The notes below the pieces were generated by a model. It made no database searches, was not told where the DNA came from, and saw only the letters and a program-made list of their open reading frames with translations. DNA of 64,000 nt from Bacteroidota bacterium (GTDB taxonomy: Bacteria; Bacteroidota; Bacteroidia; NS11-12g; UBA955): positions 131,817-195,816 of the forward strand of contig JAURFW010000002.1 of assembly GCA_030834125.1 (NCBI GenBank). The letters run 5' to 3'. Below are positions 19,478 to 29,016 of the stretch, one piece after another. Both the position numbers and the translations under genes were made by a program. Position 1 is the first letter of the stretch. The number at the start of each line of letters is the position of its first letter.

Positions 19478-20200
19478 TTGCTCAATATCACCATGTCTGA
19501 ATCTAAAAGACCCGATAATCTCAACCAATATTTCCAAGCGGCGGTTTCCGTCGATAATGTTGTTTTTGGTTTCGATAATGAGGTTCTAAAAATTCTTTTG
19601 ATATATCGAGGAGCCGAACCCTATAAAAATTATTGGGCACTCCCAGGAGATTTAATTAACCTAGAATCTGATCTTGATAATTCTGCGGTAAATGTACTCC
19701 AATCATTAACAGGATTAGATGATATTTTCATGGAACAGATTCGCACTTTTGGCCGTGTTGATAGACACCCATTCGGAAGGGTTTACACGGTTGCATATTA
19801 CTCATTAATTAAATCAGAAGATTATAAAGTTTCTGCGCAATCATGGGCGGAAGAAGCAGATTGGTTTCCAATTTCAAAACTTCCTGAGTTACCGTTTGAC
19901 CATAATGAGATTGTTGAATTTGCAAAGCAACAATTGAAGATGCGCATCCGCGTCCAGCCAGTAGGGTTTGAGTTACTACCTAAATATTTTACCTTATCTG
20001 AATTACAAAAATTATACGAGGCAATATTAGAAACAGAATTCGATGTTCGTAATTTTAGAAAGAAAATATTATCTACTGGATTTATATTAGATACAGGATT
20101 AAAACAAACTGGCGTTACCCACAGACCTGCTAAATTATACAAATACAACGCAAAACGCGATTATAGTATTATCAGTTCAGGAATGAATTTTGATTTGTAA
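19478..20200 (+). CDS. NrtR/AraR-family transcriptional regulator (Nudix-like sensor domain plus C-terminal winged helix)
   Basis: The Nudix fold has a degenerate Nudix box (GDLINLESDLDNSAVNVLQSLTGL) lacking the REx2EE catalytic residues. The C-terminal block FTLSELQKLYEAILETEFDVRNFRKKIL...RPAKLYKY is typical of the NrtR wHTH. It is the last gene of the PUL. Confidence 0.7.
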   Translation: MLNITMSESKRPDNLNQYFQAAVSVDNVVFGFDNEVLKILLIYRGAEPYKNYWALPGDLINLESDLDNSAVNVLQSLTGLDDIFMEQIRTFGRVDRHPFGRVYTVAYYSLIKSEDYKVSAQSWAEEADWFPISKLPELPFDHNEIVEFAKQQLKMRIRVQPVGFELLPKYFTLSELQKLYEAILETEFDVRNFRKKILSTGFILDTGLKQTGVTHRPAKLYKYNAKRDYSIISSGMNFDL

Positions 20201-20343
20201 TAAAATAGAAACTTCCTACCTCAACAAAGTTACGTCTGTAGCAATTACTTTTAGGATTTTTAGAGAGTCCCAATACATATCCGTAATTATGATGTAAACG
20301 CGATTTTATGAGAATTGAGGGGTAACAATCACTGACGAATAAT

Positions 20344-20372
20344 AAAAAAAGCCTCTTTTAAGAGGCTTTTTT
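20344..20372. terminator. bidirectional Rho-independent terminator between the NrtR-like gene and tRNA-Pro
   Basis: A7 run, the hairpin GCCTCT-ttta-AGAGGC, then a T6 run. Confidence 0.8.
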
Positions 20373-20447
<75 letters not shown>

Positions 20448-20466
20448 TTTTTTGCTGTCTTAAGTG

Positions 20467-20540
20467 CGACCCCGATAGGATTCGAACCTATGACCTACTG
20501 CTTAGAAGGCAGTTGCTCTATCCAGCTGAGCTACGAGGTC
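20467..20540 (-). tRNA. tRNA-Arg (anticodon TCT)
   Basis: Hand-folded cloverleaf: acceptor GACCTCG/CGGGGTC, anticodon stem ACTGC/GCAGT around the loop CTTCTAA, T-loop TTCGAAT, discriminator G; 74 nt. Confidence 0.85.
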
Positions 20541-20665
20541 TTGCCCAAAAGGAGTGCAAAAATAACTTATGTTTTGAATATTTACAACAAAATTCAGATA
20601 AAATATTATGGTCATTTAAATCAATTTTATTCGACAAACAGAATAGAATTAATTCGTTTTCTGCG

Positions 20666-20673
20666 TAAGTTTG
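20666..20673 (+). promoter_or_regulatory. -7 element TAAGTTTG upstream of the tandem-AAA gene
   Basis: Exact TAnnTTTG match 8 nt upstream of the ATG at 20682. Confidence 0.5.
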
Positions 20674-20681
20674 AATAACGC

Positions 20682-23303
20682 ATGTTTTCAAACGAATTTT
20701 TTAAATACCGCGATATTAAAACCTATGCCAGCACTGAATGGTTAGCCAATGATACTAAAAAATACAGATCAGTTTTTGATTCTCAAGAACTGACATATGT
20801 GTATTGTGAGATATCCCTGTATAACAAGAAGTTTGATATGGAAGATTGGGATTTATCAATGTATCTCAAGTGCTTTAATGAAGAAAACAATGAATTGTTT
20901 ACAATAGACTACAAACGCAAAATAAAACCTACAGAAAATACAATATTTGTTCGAGAAGGATGGGGTGTGAAAATTCCGGGTAAATATTGGAGCCCGGGAG
21001 CTTATCGTTGGGAAGCATGGTTTGAAGACAAAAAAATAGCTGAGAAAATATTTTACGTTGAAAGTATAGGTTTAGTTCGCCCTGGATTTAATCCATATTT
21101 TAAGATAGAATCGATTAAATTATACGAAGGACCAGATAATAACTTGCCAATTGCTAATCGAAAGTATTACACTGTATTTAACGTGATTAATACAAAATAT
21201 GTATGGGTTGAAATAAAGGCACAAAATTTAACAAGGAGGCATATGGATCTTCCCATAGAACTTGTTATCAATTATAGAACTAGCTCAGGATACTTAAAAG
21301 GCCGAGTAAATAAATTGTATTTCATGAAGCCCAACAGTGATGAGTTTACCGTAAGTGTAGGGTGGGGTTCTGATATATTGGGGACTTGGAATCGAGGCTC
21401 CTATTATCTTGAAATAATATTCATGTCGCAAATGATGGCACATGTGAAATTTGAAATTGGAGATGATTTTGTAGAAGCGCAAGAGCATGATTCATTGCCA
21501 TTTACTCAATATCAATTACCTGAAGGACCAAATTTGCCGGAAGAGAAATCATTATCTCCCGAAATAGTAGAGAAAAAGGGAATTGAGGAGGTCATGAAAG
21601 ATCTCGATAGTTTAATTGGTCTTAATCCAATCAAGCAAAAAATTCGTGAATATGCAGACTATCTTAGATTTGTTGCCCTCCGCAAAGAAAAAGGATTTGC
21701 GGAAACAGATAAAATTAACCTTCATGCGGTTTTCATGGGAAATCCGGGGACTGGTAAAACCACTGTTGCAAGATTATTAGGACAGATATACAAAGAATTA
21801 GGGTTGCTTAAAAAAGGTCACGTCCATGAAGTTGATCGGGGCGACTTAGTCGCAGAATATATTGGACAAACAGCCCCTAAAACCAAAGAAGCCATAAAAC
21901 AAGCAAAAGATGGTGTTTTATTCATCGATGAGGCATATTCATTAGCTAGAAAAGGTGACGATAATAAAGACTTCGGAAAAGAGGCTATTGAGGTCTTATT
22001 AAAAGAATTGACAGATGCTGACGATATTGCTGTTATTGTTGCAGGATATCCCTCAGAAATGGAGGTGTTTTTGGATTCGAACCCAGGTTTGCATAGTCGT
22101 TTTGTTGTTAAATATGATTTCCCAGATTACACTCCACAAGAATTGGTAGAAATTGCTCAATTTGCTGCTGAAAAGAGATCAGTTAGTTTATCCGACCCTG
22201 CATCTGTGGTGCTTAAAAAGTTCTTAACCGATAAATACAGAGATAGAGACCGCTTTTTTGGTAATGCTAGATTAGTGAACTCTATGTTAGATGAGGCCAA
22301 AATTAATCTTGGATTAAGGATAATGAAAACCGCGGAACCTGAAAACCTTTCTTCCGAAGAATTGTCCACTATAGAAAGTCAAGATCTAGAGAAAATATTT
22401 GCAGAGAAAAATAGAATTCTACCCGATATTCCAATTGATGAAGAGTTGCTGAAAGATTCTATGCAAAAACTGAAGGCCATGATTGGACTCGAACAGGTTA
22501 AGCAAGAAATTGAGGAATTGGTAAAGCTCGTTCGATTCTATAAATCACTGGGTAAAGACGTAAGAAAAACCTTTTCTTTACACTCTGTATTCTCAGGAAA
22601 TCCTGGTACAGGTAAAACTACAGTAGCTAGAATTTTAGCTCAGATATATAAAGCACTGGGTATTCTCGAACGGGGACATCTCATAGAATGTGATCGCCAA
22701 AGTTTGGTTGGGGGCTATGTCGGTCAAACAGCCATTAAAACGACCGACATGATTAATAAGTCAATGGGTGGAGTATTATTTATTGATGAGGCTTATTCAT
22801 TAACCGATGGTGGGGGTAATGATTACGGAAGAGAAGCTGTGGAAACTCTTCTGAAGAGGATGGAAGATCATAGAGGTGAATTTATTGTTATAGCCGCAGG
22901 ATATACTCAAAATATGCAACGTTTCATGGAATCAAACCCTGGATTAAAATCTCGCTTCGATAGGTTATTTGTATTCCAAGATTTTAATGCAGATGATCTA
23001 TTTACAATCGCTATGAATCAATTGACAGATCAAAGTATTTTACCAGAACCTAAAGCACAAGAGCATATAATGAAGTATATCGAATTTCTATACCGCTCGC
23101 GTGATAAATATTTCGGTAATGGAAGAACAGTAAGGAAATTTATTGAAGAAGCCATTCGCAACCAGCATTTGCGACTTTCAGAAATGACTGTTGAAGAAAG
23201 AACTGATAAAATGGTGCAAACGTTAAAGTTCAAGGATGTAGAAGAATTTAACACTGATGTAAAACCAAACATTGCATCAGGTGGTATTGGGTTTAAGCTT
23301 TAG
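20682..23303 (+). CDS. multidomain AAA+ ATPase: duplicated N-terminal beta-rich domain of about 125 aa, followed by two tandem CbbX/SpoVK-type AAA+ modules
   Basis: Two Walker A motifs ([12 protein letters not shown] twice), two Walker B motifs (LFIDEAYSL twice) and two arginine-finger-like motifs ([16 protein letters not shown]). The N-terminus shows an internal repeat ([18 protein letters not shown]...GWG... against [18 protein letters not shown]...GWG...). A TAAGTTTG -7 element lies at 20666-20673. Confidence 0.75.
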   Translation: MFSNEFFKYRDIKTYASTEWLANDTKKYRSVFDSQELTYVYCEISLYNKKFDMEDWDLSMYLKCFNEENNELFTIDYKRKIKPTENTIFVREGWGVKIPGKYWSPGAYRWEAWFEDKKIAEKIFYVESIGLVRPGFNPYFKIESIKLYEGPDNNLPIANRKYYTVFNVINTKYVWVEIKAQNLTRRHMDLPIELVINYRTSSGYLKGRVNKLYFMKPNSDEFTVSVGWGSDILGTWNRGSYYLEIIFMSQMMAHVKFEIGDDFVEAQEHDSLPFTQYQLPEGPNLPEEKSLSPEIVEKKGIEEVMKDLDSLIGLNPIKQKIREYADYLRFVALRKEKGFAETDKINLHAVFMGNPGTGKTTVARLLGQIYKELGLLKKGHVHEVDRGDLVAEYIGQTAPKTKEAIKQAKDGVLFIDEAYSLARKGDDNKDFGKEAIEVLLKELTDADDIAVIVAGYPSEMEVFLDSNPGLHSRFVVKYDFPDYTPQELVEIAQFAAEKRSVSLSDPASVVLKKFLTDKYRDRDRFFGNARLVNSMLDEAKINLGLRIMKTAEPENLSSEELSTIESQDLEKIFAEKNRILPDIPIDEELLKDSMQKLKAMIGLEQVKQEIEELVKLVRFYKSLGKDVRKTFSLHSVFSGNPGTGKTTVARILAQIYKALGILERGHLIECDRQSLVGGYVGQTAIKTTDMINKSMGGVLFIDEAYSLTDGGGNDYGREAVETLLKRMEDHRGEFIVIAAGYTQNMQRFMESNPGLKSRFDRLFVFQDFNADDLFTIAMNQLTDQSILPEPKAQEHIMKYIEFLYRSRDKYFGNGRTVRKFIEEAIRNQHLRLSEMTVEERTDKMVQTLKFKDVEEFNTDVKPNIASGGIGFKL

Positions 23304-24173
23304 CTAATTTCTGATAAATAAACTCTCTTTTTGAGATTTTCGACTTTCAGAAGATAATATAAAGTCTTGTCTTATTTCATCCCATGTTATACCCTCGAAT
23401 TGTGCAGGTCGTATATTTAATTTTTTACGCGTACAATTTTCCCAAGAACCCCATTTTACACTACCGATAAATTGGTTTCCTGTAATTGTATAGCCACAAT
23501 AATATAAGGTTTCATCTACTTTCACGCAATCTGTAATTAGCATTCCAGGGTCAAATTGACCAACTTTTTTAGCAATATGCTTACCTCCGATATTAGGTAT
23601 TTGATATACATTGCATTCACGATTTTCCCAGTTTTTTGTAAACAGATATATTGAACTATCAGCTATCCAAAATGCTTCACAATCGAAATTATGCATTTTT
23701 CGCCCTTTTACGGAAATGCATTTTTCAATTTTTTCTAATGAATAGTCTTCATAACTAAATTCGATGTTAATCAAAGAATCCTTTTGAATAATATTACCAT
23801 TTATTGGTATTTTAATCACCTTAAGGTCTTGACGTTTACCCTTATTATTTCCAAAGTCTCCAATGTAAATATGGCTTTTCAGTTCATCGGTCTCTATTGC
23901 TTCCCAATCAATGTTTTTAGCACTGATTTTAAATGGTCTCCAAACAGAAGTTCCTGCATAAACACTATCGATATTAGTGCTCCAAATTTCTGAGGGGTTT
24001 CCACTGTCATTTATGCTGAAAAGAGTCGAATTTATAATACATAAACCCGAGGTTTCTTTTGGTATACCATGGCTATTGACTTCTTTTAATTTAGTAGCTA
24101 ATTGTTGTGCATTAATTATGTTAAAGGAGAGAAGTGCTAATGACAATAAGTATAGTTTAATCGATAGTTTCAT
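23304..24173 (-). CDS. secreted hypothetical protein (possibly a YjiK/SdiA-regulated-like beta-propeller)
   Basis: Signal peptide and no recognisable catalytic motif. It lies 1 bp downstream of the PIF1-like helicase gene on the same strand. Confidence 0.5.
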   Translation of the reverse strand: MKLSIKLYLLSLALLSFNIINAQQLATKLKEVNSHGIPKETSGLCIINSTLFSINDSGNPSEIWSTNIDSVYAGTSVWRPFKISAKNIDWEAIETDELKSHIYIGDFGNNKGKRQDLKVIKIPINGNIIQKDSLINIEFSYEDYSLEKIEKCISVKGRKMHNFDCEAFWIADSSIYLFTKNWENRECNVYQIPNIGGKHIAKKVGQFDPGMLITDCVKVDETLYYCGYTITGNQFIGSVKWGSWENCTRKKLNIRPAQFEGITWDEIRQDFILSSESRKSQKESLFIRN

Positions 24174-24174
24174 G

Positions 24175-26403
24175 TTAGTTAAATTTGGAAATACGGAATA
24201 ACTTTAATTGAAAAAAACTGTATTTATTACCTAAATCCCCTTTCAATTCGGACAAAGGCATAGTTACATCCGTAATTGCATTATTCATCTCTTCTAAAGT
24301 GTTGCTATCAATAAAATCATAAAGTGAAAGCTTTTTATCTTGAATGAGAGCAACAATATGGCCCTCAATAGTAGATACAACAAGTCCGCGTTTTTTTGCA
24401 GTTAATTCAATATTATTTCCAGTCTCTTTTAATACTTCAAAGGTTATTGATTTACTGTCGCCTGAATCGTTAACAGATTCTAATATAGCAATTGATGGAC
24501 TACTCGAATCGTTTAAGCAGAGCTTATTATTCAGGAATTGTAATTTTTGAAGTGATCCACGCTTAGAGTTTAGGGCCTCTAATAATTCATTGAAAGCTTT
24601 CTGCCATTTTTTAGTTCTTGCACGTTTTTGATAATTAGCTAGGGCAGTACTGAGTGGAGTTATTGCGATATTGTCAAGCTTACTTAAACAGAAATCAATA
24701 GCTTTCGATCCTCTATCTTCCAGTTTTTTACTTAATTCTTCATTGTCTGGATACTCATTAAATAAAGTATTAATCTCTTTTCTGAATTTAGACATTATAA
24801 GCTCTAATTCATGTACTATCTGAAAAATTGAATCATTTAATCCGCTAATGTCATCAGGAATTTTATCGTTTTTTCGAATTAATCTATTCCACCAACCAGA
24901 AATAAATGATCGCAATTGGTCGAACTCGAATTTTTGTAAGAGTCTTTGGTGTCCGAATTTTCTTTTTTCAATATCTAAAATATCGGGTAATTCTTGGAGT
25001 GGCGCATTCTGCTTTGAATATTCTACAATCCGTTCATCTAAGAATATATTTCTACCAGTAATTCCAGATTTTAAATACATGCCGTCTAATGAAGTTGCTC
25101 TACTCAATGCAACATATACTTGACCTGGGGCAAACGATCTGCCGGCATCAATAATTACTTTGTCTAAGGTTAAACCTTGGCTTTTATGAATAGTGATGGC
25201 CCAAGCTAACTTAAGTGGAAAATGTTTGAAACTTCCAACCTCTTCCTGACTTACTGAATCGGTAACCTCATCGTATTGATATTTTAAATTTTGCCAATCT
25301 ACTCGTTCTACCTCAATGAAATTGCCCTTTTCTGGGTCCTCAACAATTATTTTGTCTTTTGTTAATTCTGAAACAATGCCAATCTTGCCATTATAATATT
25401 TCTTTTCGCCGGAAATATCATTTTTAATAAACATCACCTGCGCACCAAGTTTTAGAGTCAATGATTCTTCCATTGGATATTGACTTTCATAAAAATCACC
25501 TCTTATTTCTGCAAAATATTGAGTGGGCTCAGATCGTAGCTCTTTCAATTTACGCTGATTTATTTCATCGGCGACATTATTATGAGAACACAAGGTTACA
25601 AATCCATCTTCTGTGGGTTCAAATTCTGGTTGAAATCTTTCTTGAAGCAACATGAAATCAGATTCATCTAATTCCGCATTTCGAATACTATTCAATAATC
25701 CGATAAATTCACTGTTGGTTTGGCGATATACCTTATCTAATTTTAACTGTAAAATATTTAATTCATCGTATGCTCGAGAATCAAAGAAAAACTCCGATTT
25801 ATAATATTGAAAGAGACTGTCTTTCTCATGGTTTCTTACTACAGGAGGTAATTGAAATAAATCACCAATTAATAAAACCTGAACTCCCCCAAATGCTTGA
25901 TTATTTCTTCTTGAAAAACGAAGTGATTCATCAATTGCATCAAACAAATCACACCTTACCATACTGATCTCATCTATAATTAATAAATCTAGACGCTTAA
26001 AAATATCCAGTTTTGGCTTGGGATAATGAAAATGTTCTCTTATCATGTTGATATTTTGAGCATTATTGGGATCAACAGGCTCTAATGTAGGCAAGAACAT
26101 TCTTGTGGGTAATCCAAACATAGAATGTATAGTGCTTCCTCCAGCATTAATAGAAGCTACACCGGTAGGCGCTACTACTACACAATTTTTTTCCGTTTGC
26201 TGTAATACTCTCCTTAAAAATGTGGTCTTTCCGGTACCGGCTTCTCCCGTTAGAAAAACATTCCTATTTGTATTTTCTACGATATCAAAAGCTATGTCAG
26301 ATGCAGATGTTTCAACCACTCCTACAAAAGTATTGCTTTTAGTATGTCCTGAATGCACAGTTTTTCCATAATTAAAATCCATACTTTGAACTTTTTTCAA
26401 CAT
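24175..26403 (-). CDS. PIF1/RecD-family SF1B DNA helicase with a C-terminal extension of about 260 aa
   Basis: Walker A LTGEAGTGKTT, motifs VVVAPTGVASINAGGSTIHS and LLIIDEISMV, and C-terminal HKSQGLTLDKVIID...VALSRATSL of the PIF1 2B/UvrD_C_2 type. Confidence 0.8.
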   Translation of the reverse strand: MLKKVQSMDFNYGKTVHSGHTKSNTFVGVVETSASDIAFDIVENTNRNVFLTGEAGTGKTTFLRRVLQQTEKNCVVVAPTGVASINAGGSTIHSMFGLPTRMFLPTLEPVDPNNAQNINMIREHFHYPKPKLDIFKRLDLLIIDEISMVRCDLFDAIDESLRFSRRNNQAFGGVQVLLIGDLFQLPPVVRNHEKDSLFQYYKSEFFFDSRAYDELNILQLKLDKVYRQTNSEFIGLLNSIRNAELDESDFMLLQERFQPEFEPTEDGFVTLCSHNNVADEINQRKLKELRSEPTQYFAEIRGDFYESQYPMEESLTLKLGAQVMFIKNDISGEKKYYNGKIGIVSELTKDKIIVEDPEKGNFIEVERVDWQNLKYQYDEVTDSVSQEEVGSFKHFPLKLAWAITIHKSQGLTLDKVIIDAGRSFAPGQVYVALSRATSLDGMYLKSGITGRNIFLDERIVEYSKQNAPLQELPDILDIEKRKFGHQRLLQKFEFDQLRSFISGWWNRLIRKNDKIPDDISGLNDSIFQIVHELELIMSKFRKEINTLFNEYPDNEELSKKLEDRGSKAIDFCLSKLDNIAITPLSTALANYQKRARTKKWQKAFNELLEALNSKRGSLQKLQFLNNKLCLNDSSSPSIAILESVNDSGDSKSITFEVLKETGNNIELTAKKRGLVVSTIEGHIVALIQDKKLSLYDFIDSNTLEEMNNAITDVTMPLSELKGDLGNKYSFFQLKLFRISKFN

Positions 26404-26422
26404 GAGAATAAATGAAAAGTAC

Positions 26423-26430
26423 TAAGTTTG
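26423..26430 (+). promoter_or_regulatory. -7 element TAAGTTTG upstream of xseA, implying a leaderless GTG start
   Basis: Exact TAnnTTTG match ending 4 nt before the GTG at 26435. Confidence 0.5.
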
Positions 26431-26434
26431 TTAA

Positions 26435-27820
26435 GTGTCACAACTCAAGTTTTTTACACTAAAAGAAGTAAATAGTAAAATCCAAGAGGTGGTATCGAAT
26501 GTTTTCAAAACCAGTTTTTGGGTAAAGGCTGAGATTAATAAAATCAACTTTCAAGGACACACCGGCCATGCTTATCCTGAGTTAGTAGAAAAAGAAAACG
26601 GGAAAATAGTAGCTGAAATGCGGGCTACACTTTTTAAAAGTGATTTCCAAAATGTAAACAGGCGCTTTCTTGAAGTTTTAAAAGAACCGTTAAAAGAAGG
26701 TATAACCGCCTTGATGTTCGTTCAGATTCAGTTTCATCCAATTTTTGGACTATCCTTTAATATTAAAGATATAGATCCAGTTTTTACATTAGGGGAACTG
26801 GAAAGGGAAAAGTTTGAAACTATCGAAAAGCTCAAGAAACTTAATTTATTTAATCTTAATAAGTCATTAAAACCGCCAGTACTATTTAGGAATATTGCTG
26901 TTATTAGTGCCGAAACAAGTAAAGGATTCTCCGATTTCAAGTCTGTATTGTTATCACATGCCAAAGGGTATAAAGTTGGCTTGATGGTGTTTAATGCAGT
27001 TTTACAGGGAGATTCTGCTATTGGTTCAATAATTGGTCAATTAGATAAAATTAAAAAAGTTTCCCATAGTTTTGATGCTGTTGCAATTATTAGAGGCGGT
27101 GGAGGAGAAGTTGGAATGACCTGTTACAATGATTTTGAACTTTCTAAGAGAATTGCTGAGTTCCCGATTCCTGTTTTAACAGGTATTGGGCATTCAACAA
27201 ATTTTACTGTCGCTGAAATGATTTCATATCAAAATGGTATAACACCAACAGAATTAGCCACGTTTATTTTAAAGCGGTTTGAAGATTTTGAAACCCCTTT
27301 AGATTATTATATTTCTCAAATTGCTCAAATGTCACGTAATATTTTGGAGATTAATTGTTCGAACTTTTATAATACAACTAACCTATTAAAAATATTTTCG
27401 AAAAACATACTGAATGATTACAAACAGCGACAGGAAAACATAAACGAAAATTTATATAAAGTATCTAAAACTCCAATGAAATTGGGATTGATGAATTTGC
27501 AAAGTATTTCCGAGGATGTGATTTTCTTCGCAAAATCAAAGCATCGTGAAGAATTAATAAATCTAAATAGGGTTAGGGAAGGGTTGCAACAGAATAGTAT
27601 CCGATTTATTGCAATTAAAACTAGTGGTCTCGAACATCAAGAAAAACTAATTGAAGTTATGAATCCTCAAAGATTACTTCAAAAAGGATATTCTATCACC
27701 CTATTGAATGATCAAATAATTAAACCAACCACTAAGATTAAAGTTGGAGATCAAATAACCACACAAACAGCAGTTAATAAAATTATTTCAACCGTAAACA
27801 AATTAAAACATGAAAGATGA
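26435..27820 (+). CDS. xseA: exodeoxyribonuclease VII large subunit
   Basis: N-terminal OB fold FTLKEVNSKIQEVV...FWVKAEINKINF... and full-length XseA conservation. The track start is GTG; a TAAGTTTG -7 element at 26423-26430 implies a leaderless message. Confidence 0.85.
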   Translation: MSQLKFFTLKEVNSKIQEVVSNVFKTSFWVKAEINKINFQGHTGHAYPELVEKENGKIVAEMRATLFKSDFQNVNRRFLEVLKEPLKEGITALMFVQIQFHPIFGLSFNIKDIDPVFTLGELEREKFETIEKLKKLNLFNLNKSLKPPVLFRNIAVISAETSKGFSDFKSVLLSHAKGYKVGLMVFNAVLQGDSAIGSIIGQLDKIKKVSHSFDAVAIIRGGGGEVGMTCYNDFELSKRIAEFPIPVLTGIGHSTNFTVAEMISYQNGITPTELATFILKRFEDFETPLDYYISQIAQMSRNILEINCSNFYNTTNLLKIFSKNILNDYKQRQENINENLYKVSKTPMKLGLMNLQSISEDVIFFAKSKHREELINLNRVREGLQQNSIRFIAIKTSGLEHQEKLIEVMNPQRLLQKGYSITLLNDQIIKPTTKIKVGDQITTQTAVNKIISTVNKLKHER

Positions 27821-28034
27821 TAAATTGAATTATACAGATGCTTATGAAGAACTCATTGGCATTGTTAATGACTTGGAAGAAGGTGAAATCACCGTGGATG
27901 AATTAACAGAAAAGGTCAAGAGAGCGAGCGAGTTAATTCAATTCTGTAAGGGAGTATTACGGAAAACAGAGCTTGATGTAGATCAGATTTTAGAACAAAT
28001 AAAAGTTACCGAAAACAAAAAAGGGGAAGATTAA
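27810..28034 (+). CDS. xseB: exodeoxyribonuclease VII small subunit
   Basis: 74 aa, YEELIGIVNDLEEGEITVDELTEKVKRASELIQFC; overlaps the xseA stop by 11 nt. Confidence 0.85.
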   Translation: MKDDKLNYTDAYEELIGIVNDLEEGEITVDELTEKVKRASELIQFCKGVLRKTELDVDQILEQIKVTENKKGED

Positions 28035-28039
28035 AAAAG

Positions 28040-28891
28040 TTAACCACCATGGTTGTTGGGGTTGTTTCGGTAAACACCGCGCTCACGAATGGTTATTAAT
28101 CGTTTTTTGTACAAATCGCCTAGAGTTTCTTTAAATGTGCGTTTACTCATATTGAAAACTTCTCTAATAGAATCCGCCGAAGATTTGTCGTTATACTCCA
28201 TGAAATTGTCATTTTGAGATAAATAATTCAGGATCATATTACAAGTATCAGATAATTTTTCCCGGCCCAATCCCAAAGGTTTTAAATCGATCAAGCCATC
28301 GGGACGAATATTTTCAACAAAAGCATAACCTTCATTTCCCAATTGCAGAGGTTGCACTACCTCTTTTTTGTAAAGAATACCCTGGTATCTCTGATTAATA
28401 ATTACTTTGTATCCTAAATTATGTGATTCAAAATATTGGAAATGAACTTTTTCTCCGCGCTTGAGGTGTATATCTTCCTTTTCTAACCATTTAGTGACTC
28501 TTGCAGAACCTACTAATCTTTCAGTAACGCTATCTAGAAACATATAGATCATAACATTTTCACCTTGTTGTAATCGTTCATGCATTTCTTTAAATGGAAT
28601 TAATAAATGTTTTTCTAAGCCCATATCTGCGAATGCACCAATTCTACTGGTCGCAACAATTGGTAATAAGGCATATTGATATAACTCTAATTTTGGTTTT
28701 TGGATTGTCGCGGTAAGTCGCTGTTCTGAATCTCGGAAAATAAAAACATCTATTTTAATACCACTTTCAAAATCTTCAGAACAAAATTTATTTGGAAGTA
28801 AAACTTCATTATTATGATTGTCTGTTAAATACCAACCATGTGGCGAAGATCTTTTCAATTCTAATGTTTGCGTTTTACCAATTCTAATCAC
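28040..28891 (-). CDS. CvfB/YitL-family S1-like RNA-binding protein
   Basis: 283 aa with tandem S1-like domains and a C-terminal winged-helix-like region, the size and architecture typical of CvfB. Confidence 0.6.
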   Translation of the reverse strand: MIRIGKTQTLELKRSSPHGWYLTDNHNNEVLLPNKFCSEDFESGIKIDVFIFRDSEQRLTATIQKPKLELYQYALLPIVATSRIGAFADMGLEKHLLIPFKEMHERLQQGENVMIYMFLDSVTERLVGSARVTKWLEKEDIHLKRGEKVHFQYFESHNLGYKVIINQRYQGILYKKEVVQPLQLGNEGYAFVENIRPDGLIDLKPLGLGREKLSDTCNMILNYLSQNDNFMEYNDKSSADSIREVFNMSKRTFKETLGDLYKKRLITIRERGVYRNNPNNHGG

Positions 28892-29016
28892 ATCACAAAG
28901 TTACTTTAATTATTGAAGCAATTAATTTTATAAATTCTAGAGCCGGTTTTCCTGATTTTTTATAATCATTAAGAAAACAAAATTCATTAATTTTGGGTCT
29001 ATTATAATAGAGTTCA

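Noticed and set aside
20682-26403. Calling the tandem-AAA gene plus the PIF1-like helicase a known anti-phage system such as Gabija or Hachiman.
   Set aside because: No nuclease (TOPRIM, PLD or HNH) partner or other diagnostic component is visible in the window.
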